Shown piece after piece: positions 31,301 to 38,890 of a DNA stretch of 64,000 nucleotides; within the stretch, counting starts at the first letter, position 1; every line of letters starts with the position of its first letter. This DNA is from Chitinophagales bacterium (GTDB lineage Bacteria; Bacteroidota; Bacteroidia; Chitinophagales; Chitinophagaceae). The notes beneath the pieces are model-generated. The model was not told where the DNA came from. It searched no databases and saw only the letters and a list, made by a program, of their open reading frames with translations. The stretch spans positions 9,346 through 73,345 of the forward strand of contig JANXQO010000036.1 in NCBI GenBank assembly GCA_025353485.1, read 5' to 3'. The translations under genes and the position numbers were made by a program.

Positions 31301-31469
31301 GCAAATTCAAAGAGTAAATGGATTGCAGCAGGAAGTTAATAAGGCGCAACAAACAAATGAAACCTTAACCAAAACGTATTTTGCAAAAGCTAAAGAAGCA
31401 TTAGATAAAACTGCCGCAATAAAAAAAGAATTACAGCCAAAGCTACATAAGGAGAAAATAAAAAAATAA
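28380..31469 (+). CDS. Secreted BNR/Asp-box repeat protein (sortilin/VPS10-like, 'glycosyl hydrolase BNR repeat' family)
   Basis: At least 9 Asp-box motifs (S-x-D-x-G-x-(T/S)-W), e.g. STDGGKTWDK, SIDGGKTWKE, STDGGRNWTR. Signal peptide present. ATG at 28380 is preferred over the track's TTG at 28377. Confidence 0.85.
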   Translation: MNKIIFFAAIVLFANNSIAQVSSATFGTMEARQLGPGTMSGRITAIDGSASDGKTIYVGTAGGGIWKSTNAGTTFKPIFDKYCQSIGAVAINQSNPNIVFAGTGESNMRNSVSIGNGLYRSTDAGDNWTKIGLDSTEHIAKIIIDPKNPDNIYVAAPGPLWSDSKHRGLYKSTDGGKTWDKILYINEKAGCADVAIDPQNPNIIFASTWEFRRLPYAFNSGGTGSGFYKSIDGGKTWKELTNGLPPKPFGRIAFALAPSSPQNMLAIVENAATGLYISSDGGESWKKQSATSNVEARPFYFSVIQVDPKDPKRVYRPAYVFSYSTDGGYSFADASDEGGWLHSDMHALWINPNNTNQLYLGTDGGVYFSLDKGATWRFIQNLPVGQFYHVSIDNETPYNVMGGLQDNGSWIAPSSAPGGISNSNWKSLYGGDGFWVQPDPINPNIVYAEAQGATAARIDKQTTKSVNIKPQQSAGEDKLRWNWNSPIIIGAANKKNLYIASQYLYRSTDGGRNWTRISPDLTTNDPKKQKQENSGGLSADNTSAENHCTIFTLAESPLDENIIWAGTDDGNLQFTTNGGKSWTNISKNYSAAGIPAQTWVSSIELSGFDKNTLFVTFDNHMYGDHKTYVAKSTDMGKTWGMFSSKEFTGFAHKIKEDIVNKDLLFLGTEMGLFTTVDGGANWFRMKNNIPEYALVRDIKIDVKTNDLILATHGRGIMIVDDISPIRNLTKDIIDKDVYVFNNKPINLTNGMFGGGGFPGTGGWVANNRPSIPPVQYYLKDRVSSGEVTVEIYDANNKLVQSIPGSKRKGINKVYWNLRMKPPKVATGGTKMDNSGFFAPMVLPGDYTMKLKVGDKEYSSPLKLVHDASQKDFTLEDRKLQYKTAMDIYALHEQLAKVVDDINGKQKMLKRGIDSANDKKAKALFQEYNDKLESLRGELLGTKQKSIFADEERLRERISEVYAAVVLQEAAPSNLQIQRVNGLQQEVNKAQQTNETLTKTYFAKAKEALDKTAAIKKELQPKLHKEKIKK

Positions 31470-31473
31470 AAGT

Positions 31474-31536
31474 AATCATGAAACGTGAAAAGTCAAACGT
31501 AAGATTCTTACGTTTGACTTTTCACGTTTCACGATT
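31474..31536. repeat. Family B: 63-nt near-perfect palindrome (31-nt arms)
   Basis: AATCATGAAACGTGAAAAGTCAAACGTAAGA-T-TCTTACGTTTGACTTTTCACGTTTCACGATT with one mismatch. It begins 5 nt after the BNR gene stop. Confidence 0.85.
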
Positions 31537-31562
31537 GAATGCTTCCTTTATCTTTGTCTCCT

Positions 31563-32045
31563 ATGACCTCTTCTTTTTTTACTTACAACAAATCAAAAGT
31601 TATACAGGCTTTACGTTATCATTTTATTACACGCAAAGAAATAAAGACTATGATAATACTGGTAAATATTTTTGCCATTTTATCAGCAGGCCTTTTCTTT
31701 TTTAAAAAAATATCTCCATTGGCATTTTTAGTGAGTTCTGTTTTATGGTTTACGTTGATGCTCTCTTTTTGGTTCATACTTCCGTATTCGATATACAAAA
31801 AAGCAGCAACATTTAAAGATGGATTTAAAGTTAGTTTTGAAGAGCAGCATTTGTTTCTGGAAAATGACAGGGGCAGTAAAAGTTGGCCATGGACGGCTTT
31901 CAGCAGCTTTATTGAAAGCCCACATTTCTTTCATCTGTATTTTGACAGCCGTTCATTTTTTCTAATCCCGAAATCGGCATTTGATAATGATGCAGTGTAT
32001 GATGCAAGAAAATTTTTGACAAATAAAATAAGGAAGAAAGCGTAA
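31563..32045 (+). CDS. YcxB-like membrane protein
   Basis: Two central TM helices and a C-terminal …HFFHLYFDSRSFFLIPKSAF… segment typical of the YcxB family. The track start at 31539 lies just after the palindrome, so ATG 31563 is preferred. Confidence 0.65.
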   Translation: MTSSFFTYNKSKVIQALRYHFITRKEIKTMIILVNIFAILSAGLFFFKKISPLAFLVSSVLWFTLMLSFWFILPYSIYKKAATFKDGFKVSFEEQHLFLENDRGSKSWPWTAFSSFIESPHFFHLYFDSRSFFLIPKSAFDNDAVYDARKFLTNKIRKKA

Positions 32046-32049
32046 TGTT

Positions 32050-32502
32050 TTAGCGCAGTTTTTTTTCCATCACATAATGAGAGATAGTTATTTCTTCAAA
32101 CTCGTTACCGCTAACTTTATATCCGAGTTTTTCATAAAAGCCTGTAGCGGTTTTTCGGGCATGCATAATAACTTTATAATAGCCTGCATCTCTTGCAACA
32201 TTCTCTGCGTAATTCATCATTGCTGCACCAATGCCTTTACCCTGTAAATTATTTTGAACAGCCATTTGCCTTAGCCGCACACACTTGTTATCAACTTTTG
32301 TAAGCAGGCAACAGCCCAGCATTGTATCATCTTCAAATGCGGCAATTAAAATGTCTTCCGTTTCCCTGTCTAATTCTTCCGAATCAAATGCAAGCCCCAA
32401 TGGTTTGCGCAAAATTTCATTTCTTAGCTCAACCATTTGCTGGTATTCCTTTGTTCCGTGATCTATTTGTTTAATCGGCATGACGGCTATAATTGCAATC
32501 AT
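32050..32502 (-). CDS. GNAT-family N-acetyltransferase
   Basis: Acetyl-CoA motif …RQMAVQNNLQGKGIGAAMM… Start could instead be MPIKQ at 32481. Confidence 0.85.
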   Translation of the reverse strand: MIAIIAVMPIKQIDHGTKEYQQMVELRNEILRKPLGLAFDSEELDRETEDILIAAFEDDTMLGCCLLTKVDNKCVRLRQMAVQNNLQGKGIGAAMMNYAENVARDAGYYKVIMHARKTATGFYEKLGYKVSGNEFEEITISHYVMEKKLR

Positions 32503-32589
32503 TATTTGATAGCATAAAATAAATATACAATTTTTATTGATTTATCAGCCCTGATGCTGATGGTGTAAATTATTTAAAAATTTTTGTAA

Positions 32590-32616
32590 ATAAAAAAGCA
32601 GCCTTAATAGCTGCTT
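32590..32616 (-). terminator. Rho-independent terminator (minus strand) after the hemD-like gene
   Basis: Minus strand reads AGCAGC-TATTAAG-GCTGCT followed by TTTTTTA. Confidence 0.65.
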
Positions 32617-32634
32617 TGCGGTAAGTATTTTTTT

Positions 32635-33429
32635 TTATTTCTTTTTAACTGTAGAAAGAAAGTGTTCCAGAGCTGATACCATACTTGGCATTTTAGGCTG
32701 GGGTGCTTTTATATCAAGTGTAAGGCCTGCTGCAGATGCTGCTTTAAAAGTATTATCACCAAAGGCGCCGATCCGTGTGCCGTTCTGTTTAAATTTTGGA
32801 AAATTTTCTACAAAACTTCTTACTCCTCCGGGAGTAAAAAAACAAATGATATCGTAATTATTTTTTGCAAATATCTCTTTTACATCATTGCTGATAATGC
32901 TATATAATACCGGGGTGGCATATTCGCACTCATTTGCTTTTAGCCAGTTAGTTATTTCGCTGTCAAAAGATTGAGAACACGGATATAAAAAACTTTCCTG
33001 CTCTTTGTGCTTATTGATAACATCAAACAAACTTTTATTGGTACCATCGGCACCATAAAAAACTTTTCGTTTTCTATATAAAATAAATTTTTGCAGGTAT
33101 AAGGCTACGGCTTCAGTTATACAAAAATATTTAGTGTGCTGCGAAACGGTGATCTTCATTTCCTCACAGGTTCTAAAAAAATGATCAATTGCATTACGGC
33201 TGGTAAAAATTACAGCTGAATAACCGGGGATCTCAATTTTTTGTTTACGAAATTCTTTTGAAGGGATACCCTCAACCCTGATAAATGGCTGGAACTGAAG
33301 ATTTACTTTATACTTACGGGCCATCTCAAAATAGGGAGACTTTTCATTTTCGGGCCTGGCCTGGGTAATGAGTATATTTTGTATTTGTTTTACAGGTTTA
33401 AGTTCCTGTATAGCAGCATTTTTAACCAT
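32635..33429 (-). CDS. hemD: Uroporphyrinogen-III synthase-like (HEM4 domain) protein
   Basis: Size and pattern (…ILITQARPENEKSPYF…FTSRNAIDHFF…) match the Bacteroidota HemD-like genes that follow DUF4271. The track ORF extends to 33477. Confidence 0.7.
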   Translation of the reverse strand: MVKNAAIQELKPVKQIQNILITQARPENEKSPYFEMARKYKVNLQFQPFIRVEGIPSKEFRKQKIEIPGYSAVIFTSRNAIDHFFRTCEEMKITVSQHTKYFCITEAVALYLQKFILYRKRKVFYGADGTNKSLFDVINKHKEQESFLYPCSQSFDSEITNWLKANECEYATPVLYSIISNDVKEIFAKNNYDIICFFTPGGVRSFVENFPKFKQNGTRIGAFGDNTFKAASAAGLTLDIKAPQPKMPSMVSALEHFLSTVKKK

Positions 33430-33525
33430 GTGTATTATTTCATACGGGTTCGCAAATGTAAGCATTTTATAGAACAATCATCCATTTAGCATTTCAAAAA
33501 TATTAAGACGAAAGAAGATAGAATG

Positions 33526-34413
33526 TTACAATAATATCCGGATCCCTAATTTATAAATCAACAGGATTGGTAAAAACTCCATACCAATTATATAAAGTAG
33601 AAAGTGGAAGAATTTAATGTTTAATTGATTTTGCAACAATCCATACGTTCGTAAATAACGCTGTAAAAATAGTATGCCTGTTACAAAGAAAGAAGATATA
33701 ATTACAAAGGTTAACCAATTAGCAGGTGCAAAAGCCAGTAGAATAATAAATGGAATAAGAAGAATCCCTGTTATTTTATTAATTAAAAATATTACAAAGA
33801 TATATTGATCAATTGCGCTATTCATGCCTGAGATCCATCCGATAATTTTTAGCGATAGAAATTTTCCTAAATATATGATCGTCACAAATAAAATTGATAA
33901 TATTATTAGGATATAATTATTGCTTTGCTTAAGCATATGATAGTGATCTAATACAAGCCAGGTATACAATCCGGCACTGATCAAAAAAAAAATATTAAAT
34001 ATCAGCGATGGAAGCCTGGCCTGTAATAAAAGATCTTTAAGTTGATTTTGCCGGAGTGAAGTATTAAAAAAGACCCTGAAAATATTATTGAAATACCTTG
34101 TATAAAAAACTTTAAACAAGGCAAGTAATAAAATGACAATGCCTAAAAGGTAAAATAAAAATTCTTTGCCGGGTTTGGTCTTTTGTTTTACAGCTAAAGA
34201 AACAGGTGTTGTTGCAGTGTTTAGATATTTATTTTTTTTTAACAAAGTATCTAAAAAAGTTATTTGGGTTTTGGCAGTTGTGATGGAATCAGATAGTTGT
34301 AAGGAATCAATCTTTATTATTTTACTGTCATTTCTTAGTTGGCCTATGCAGTTTCTTCCAAAAGAAATAAAAATAAAAAGGAGGAAATATGTTTTTATTC
34401 TGTAATTTTTCAT
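33526..34413 (-). CDS. DUF4271-like polytopic membrane protein
   Basis: N-terminal signal or soluble region followed by about 6 TM helices. The position upstream of the hemD-like gene is conserved in Bacteroidota. Confidence 0.65.
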   Translation of the reverse strand: MKNYRIKTYFLLFIFISFGRNCIGQLRNDSKIIKIDSLQLSDSITTAKTQITFLDTLLKKNKYLNTATTPVSLAVKQKTKPGKEFLFYLLGIVILLLALFKVFYTRYFNNIFRVFFNTSLRQNQLKDLLLQARLPSLIFNIFFLISAGLYTWLVLDHYHMLKQSNNYILIILSILFVTIIYLGKFLSLKIIGWISGMNSAIDQYIFVIFLINKITGILLIPFIILLAFAPANWLTFVIISSFFVTGILFLQRYLRTYGLLQNQLNIKFFHFLLYIIGMEFLPILLIYKLGIRILL

Positions 34414-34417
34414 TCAA

Positions 34418-36256
34418 TTAAAAATAATTTATATACCCAAAATGTAATTTAGAAGCTCCCTGCAAATCAAACTTTACATCATTTCGTTTTCCAATTGCAT
34501 AGCTCACATTTACTATTCCAAACTTAGTTTCAAAGCTTAAACCTAACCCTGCCGAAAAAAAATTATTGGTAAAATTAGTTGTTTGAAAATGAGTTTTTGT
34601 AACTCCTATATCAGTAAAACCAAACAGGTAAGAATTGATCCCGGTCAGGTACCTGTATTCTGCTGTAAATATTGCATACTGCGATGCGTAAATACTTTCT
34701 TCATCAAAACCCCTTAATAGTTTACTGCCTCCAATTTGAAATAATTCATTTCTAAAAATATCCTGGCTTTGAAAAACACCTCCATTGATTTCTGTTTTTA
34801 AGGTACTTTTTTTAGCCACAGGAAAATAATGTGCTGCATTAAATATTATACGGAATTGATAGGTATTTAATGTAAAAGAATCATAAAGAGAACTGAATTT
34901 AAAAGGTGGCGCAGCCGGGTCTTTCAAGTTGGCTATTTCATTGTTAATGAAAATCTTTTTTAAGCCAATTGCTGTAACAATTTTTAATTCATTCCCTTCT
35001 CTTGGATTGTACAGGTAGTTTGTATTTATCCATTCATAATTTATTCCAAGGCTGTTTGCGGTAACATCAATATTTGCAGGAAGCCTTTTTGTTATTTTAA
35101 TCTGGTTGGTGTCAAATCCGCCGGATAGTAAATAAGTTCTTTGATTTTGTAAAAATATTTTGCCTGATTGATTGGCTGATAAAATATACAAGAGGCCGGC
35201 TTGTGCATTTATCTGCAAATAAGAAGAATCTCTTTTAAGCAGATCTAAAGTAAGATCAATACCAAATGGCGAATTTAAAATATAAGGATGCTGGTAACCG
35301 AGATTTAATTTTGGAGATTGTTTTTGCAATTGCTGCCAGTTAAGCAAAATGCTTTCACCTGTACCCAAAGCATTTTTTAAATTTAGATTCACATCAGCCG
35401 TTACCTGTAATTTACCCGTTTGCGCATTGCCGGGTAAAAAGCCAATTAAAAAATTTACCTGGCTGCTGCGTTTTTGTTGCAGGTACAAATTTAAGACAGA
35501 ACCGGAGCCTAGCATATTCAAATCCCAATGTTGTTGTTCCTGCAGGTAAGGAAGTTCCAAAAGTTTTTTGCTGATATTTTGTAATTTATTTTTATCGTAA
35601 AGGCTTCCTTTTTCAATACCAAGATATCGCTGCAAAAAAAAATTTTTAATTTTTACTTTTCCATATACACGAATACTGTCAATAAAATATAAGGGCCCTT
35701 TATCTATTTTTAGCAGCGCTTTTATTTTATCTTCTTCAATTTTAATACTGTCTAATTTTATTGCAGCAAAAGGATATCCTCTTGTTTCATAATAGGCTAA
35801 AATTTTTTGTTGCCGGGTTTGCAGTTGAACGAAATCCATTTTAGTATTTTGAAATACCCTGGTGTTCCACCCTGTTTCATTCAGCAGCTTTTTATCTATA
35901 CTATCAGTAATTATTTCGAACCATTTATACTGCACCCCTAAATATAAATTGATGTATGCTGAAGTTGAGTCATAAAACAGCGAGTCTATTGATGCAGCGG
36001 GATATCCTTTAGCAGTAAGTATTCCGGGTATCCTGAATATATAATCCGTGCAATGCTCCCTGTTGGAGAAAGAAGTTTGAAGATTGAGAGATTGCATCCT
36101 GTTTAATTTACTGTTTTGTGATAAGGAACTATCTTTGTCAACAAAATGTATCACCAGGGGATAATTATTTTGGGAAAAAACGGCTGATCTATTTAAGCAA
36201 CAGAATGAGATGAATAAAATATAAAAATGCCAATATTTTCTTTGGTAGGCTTTCAT
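34418..36256 (-). CDS. Omp85/BamA-family outer membrane protein (POTRA + surface-antigen beta-barrel)
   Basis: 612 aa with a signal peptide and an alternating beta-strand pattern. The C-terminal beta-signal is …LHFGYINYF. Confidence 0.75.
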   Translation of the reverse strand: MKAYQRKYWHFYILFISFCCLNRSAVFSQNNYPLVIHFVDKDSSLSQNSKLNRMQSLNLQTSFSNREHCTDYIFRIPGILTAKGYPAASIDSLFYDSTSAYINLYLGVQYKWFEIITDSIDKKLLNETGWNTRVFQNTKMDFVQLQTRQQKILAYYETRGYPFAAIKLDSIKIEEDKIKALLKIDKGPLYFIDSIRVYGKVKIKNFFLQRYLGIEKGSLYDKNKLQNISKKLLELPYLQEQQHWDLNMLGSGSVLNLYLQQKRSSQVNFLIGFLPGNAQTGKLQVTADVNLNLKNALGTGESILLNWQQLQKQSPKLNLGYQHPYILNSPFGIDLTLDLLKRDSSYLQINAQAGLLYILSANQSGKIFLQNQRTYLLSGGFDTNQIKITKRLPANIDVTANSLGINYEWINTNYLYNPREGNELKIVTAIGLKKIFINNEIANLKDPAAPPFKFSSLYDSFTLNTYQFRIIFNAAHYFPVAKKSTLKTEINGGVFQSQDIFRNELFQIGGSKLLRGFDEESIYASQYAIFTAEYRYLTGINSYLFGFTDIGVTKTHFQTTNFTNNFFSAGLGLSFETKFGIVNVSYAIGKRNDVKFDLQGASKLHFGYINYF

Positions 36257-36278
36257 TAATGTTCAAATCTAAATTATA

Positions 36279-36297
36279 ATCCCGATAGCTATCGGGA
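36279..36297. repeat. Family A palindrome (intergenic copy)
   Basis: ATCCCGATAGCTATCGGGA in the divergent Omp85/hemW spacer. Confidence 0.85.
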
Positions 36298-36312
36298 GAT
36301 AAATCTAAAAAT

Positions 36313-37467
36313 TTGCCCGGCATATATTTTCATATTCCTTTTTGCAAACAGGCTTGTCATTATTGCAATTTTCATTTTTCTACTTCTGTAAAACAAAAAG
36401 ATGAAATGATTATTGCAATAGCTAACGAAATAAAACTTATAAAAATCTTACCTGCCGGGCAAGATTTGGAGAGGGCAGACACAATTTATTTTGGTGGAGG
36501 TACGCCCAGTTTATTAACGGCTTATGAGATAAATAAATTGTTGGATACCGTCCGTCAATATTTTGTAGTAAGTGAAGATGCGGAAATTACTTTAGAGGCA
36601 AATCCCGATGATATCAATGAAATAAAATTAGCAGAATGGAAATCAATTGGCATAAACCGTTTCAGTATAGGTATTCAATCTTTTAAACAGGAAGATCTTG
36701 TATGGATGAACAGGGCACACAATGCAGAACAGGCATCACGTTGTATTCAATTGGTTAAAAACACAGGCTTTCAAAATTATTCCGTTGATCTTATTTATGG
36801 TACTCCAACTTTAACCGATGATGATTGGAAAAAAAATGTTCAAACAATTATTGATCTTAATGTGCCTCATATTTCGTGTTATGCACTAACTGTAGAAGCG
36901 CAAACGGCCCTGCAAAAAATGATCGCATTAAAAAAGAAAGAAGATGTGGATCCGGGAAAACAGGCCTCTCAATTTTTATTATTAACACGCTGGCTTAAGG
37001 ATGCAGGATATGAGCATTATGAAATTTCTAATTTTGCAAAACCCGGATACAGAAGCAAACATAACAGCAGTTATTGGCAGGGTAAATCTTACATAGGCAT
37101 TGGCCCTTCAGCACATTCGTTTGATGGAAATTCACGGAAATGGAATGTGAGTAATAATGCACTCTATATTCAATCGCTACAAAAAAATAATGTTCCTTAT
37201 GAAGAAGAAAAACTTTCTGAGGTACAAAAACTGAATGAATTTATCATGACTTCTTTGCGTACCATAGAAGGAATTGATCTTAATTATGTAGAGAAAAAAT
37301 TTGGCAAAGAAAAAAGAGATAAACTGCAGGCTATAAGCAGTAAGCATATTCAAAACCACAAACTACAAACTACAAACCACAAACTAATATTAACTAACGA
37401 AGGAAAATTATTTGCAGACGGTATTGCAGCAGATCTGTTTTTTGAAGAAAAACAATTAGTGCTTTAA
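36313..37467 (+). CDS. hemW: Radical SAM heme chaperone HemW (HemN-like, oxygen-independent coproporphyrinogen oxidase family)
   Basis: IYFHIPFCKQACHYCNFH cluster motif and GGGTPS. The start appears to be TTG, since no in-frame ATG lies upstream. Confidence 0.85.
   Translation: MPGIYFHIPFCKQACHYCNFHFSTSVKQKDEMIIAIANEIKLIKILPAGQDLERADTIYFGGGTPSLLTAYEINKLLDTVRQYFVVSEDAEITLEANPDDINEIKLAEWKSIGINRFSIGIQSFKQEDLVWMNRAHNAEQASRCIQLVKNTGFQNYSVDLIYGTPTLTDDDWKKNVQTIIDLNVPHISCYALTVEAQTALQKMIALKKKEDVDPGKQASQFLLLTRWLKDAGYEHYEISNFAKPGYRSKHNSSYWQGKSYIGIGPSAHSFDGNSRKWNVSNNALYIQSLQKNNVPYEEEKLSEVQKLNEFIMTSLRTIEGIDLNYVEKKFGKEKRDKLQAISSKHIQNHKLQTTNHKLILTNEGKLFADGIAADLFFEEKQLVL
37351..37385. repeat. Heptanucleotide tandem repeat (ACAAACY) x5 inside the hemW 3' end
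   Basis: CAAAACC ACAAACT ACAAACT ACAAACC ACAAACT, which translates as QNHKLQTTNHKL. Confidence 0.85.
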
Positions 37468-37560
37468 GGATTTTGACTTCTTCTTCGATATACTTTGAAT
37501 TATTACGATTATTAATATAACCGCTATAATACCTGGACCAAATAAAAGATAAAAGACCAT
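37456..37560 (-). CDS. Small membrane peptide, 34 aa (paralog 2)
   Basis: MVFYLLFGPGIIAVILIIVIIQSISKKKSKSLKH*. Its ATG overlaps the upstream stop (TAATG). It is below the ORF-track cutoff, and its 3' end overlaps the hemW stop region. Confidence 0.5.
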   Translation of the reverse strand: MVFYLLFGPGIIAVILIIVIIQSISKKKSKSLKH

Positions 37561-37670
37561 TAGTGTTTCGGAGATTTTGACTTAAAAGATTTTCCAATCT
37601 GCACTATCATAAGTATTGCGGTTAAAATTAAGATGGTTATTGGTCCATAAATATCGTATGAAAGTGGCAT
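37560..37670 (-). CDS. Small membrane peptide, 36 aa (paralog 1)
   Basis: MPLSYDIYGPITILILTAILMIVQIGKSFKSKSPKH*. It shares the GP-TM-KSKSxKH layout with the following ORF, and the shared tail differs by synonymous codon changes. Confidence 0.5.
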   Translation of the reverse strand: MPLSYDIYGPITILILTAILMIVQIGKSFKSKSPKH

Positions 37671-37704
37671 CATATCTTACATAAAGATACTTTAGGCTAA
37701 CGGC

Positions 37705-38775
37705 TTATACAAGCGTTTCTTCTATTTTGGCAAAACCTTCTGCAGCAGGCATATTCTTCCATAAAATTTTATAAACAGTTTCAGCAATAGGCATATCAGC
37801 TTTTATATTTTCATTAATTATTTTCATACACTTACTTGCATTATAACCTTCGGCAACCATACTCATTTCAAGCTGCGCTGTTTTTACTGAATATCCTTTG
37901 CCTATCATATTTCCAAAAGTTCTGTTTCGGCTGTAAGGCGAATAACAAGTAACTAAAAGATCTCCTAAATAAACAGAGGCTGCGTAATTAATATGGCTTG
38001 CTGTTGGCTTCCGGTTGTTACCTGTTGCCGGTTTTCGATCATCTGCAATGTGACCAACATCAATATTTTTTATTCCTGCTTTTCTTAAAAAACCCGCCAT
38101 TTCATCAGCGCTGTTAGCAATCAGAACACTTAAAAAATTATCACCATACTCCAGGCCATGAGCTATTCCTGCGCCGAGTGCATAGATATTTTTTAATATA
38201 GCAGCGAACTGTACACCATAAATATCAGGATTAACAATTGTATTCAGGTATGCTGTTTTAAAATGAGATGCGATATCGGATGTTGTTTTTTCATCAACGC
38301 CTGAAAAAGTTAGGTATGACAATTTCTCTGAAGCAACTTCTTCTGCATGGCAGGGGCCTAATACAGCAAAATAATTTTCGAGTTCAACATTAAATTCCTG
38401 TTTTAAATAATCATTAAGCAATAAATTTTGGTTGGGTAATATTCCTTTTATGGCAGATACTATTTTTTTTCCTTTAAAAATATTTTTATCAAGTTTGCCA
38501 AGGGTATCAGCAGCATATGCTGAAGGAACAGCAATGATAATGCAATCAGAATTATTAATTACTTCGGATACATTTATAGTAGGCTGAAGTAAAGTTGTGT
38601 CAAAAAAAACACTGCTTAAATATTGCGGATTGTGGTGGCGGGCTGATAAATATTTGATATTTTCTTCGCTTCGTATCCACCAGTTAATTTTATTTTTATT
38701 GTCAGTAAGAATTTTAGCTAAAGCTGTGCCCCAGCTACCGCTGCCTATAATGCCGAATGTAAATTTCTGAACCAT
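37705..38775 (-). CDS. gpsA: NAD(P)H-dependent glycerol-3-phosphate dehydrogenase
   Basis: N-terminal IIGSGSWGTALA Rossmann motif, then …GDLLVTCYSPYSRNRTFG…. It carries an extra DDRKPATGNNRKPTAS segment. Confidence 0.9.
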   Translation of the reverse strand: MVQKFTFGIIGSGSWGTALAKILTDNKNKINWWIRSEENIKYLSARHHNPQYLSSVFFDTTLLQPTINVSEVINNSDCIIIAVPSAYAADTLGKLDKNIFKGKKIVSAIKGILPNQNLLLNDYLKQEFNVELENYFAVLGPCHAEEVASEKLSYLTFSGVDEKTTSDIASHFKTAYLNTIVNPDIYGVQFAAILKNIYALGAGIAHGLEYGDNFLSVLIANSADEMAGFLRKAGIKNIDVGHIADDRKPATGNNRKPTASHINYAASVYLGDLLVTCYSPYSRNRTFGNMIGKGYSVKTAQLEMSMVAEGYNASKCMKIINENIKADMPIAETVYKILWKNMPAAEGFAKIEETLV

Positions 38776-38834
38776 GATTTATAGGATTAAATTGTCTGAA
38801 CCATGATTTATGAGATTATAAGATTTATGAGATT
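38766..38834. repeat. Family C repeat, two tandem copies (first overlaps the gpsA start codon)
   Basis: TCTGAACCATGATTTATAGGATTA followed by TGTCTGAACCATGATTTATGAGATTATAAGATTTATGAGATT. Related copies lie at 48560, 58760 (reverse orientation) and 63029 (reverse orientation). Confidence 0.75.
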
Positions 38835-38890
38835 TTGATTTTTTATAAATGCATAATAATAATTTGAAACAACAAGAGGAAAATATATTT

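Noticed and set aside
31478-31705. 75-aa ORF starting inside the 63-nt palindrome
   Set aside because: Its N-terminus is simply the palindrome read through, and it overlaps the better-supported YcxB-like frame.
37394-37597. 67-aa minus-strand track ORF in the hemW-gpsA spacer
   Set aside because: Its composition is not protein-like. Another frame of the same strand holds two paralogous small TM peptides with a coding-type substitution pattern, and I prefer those.
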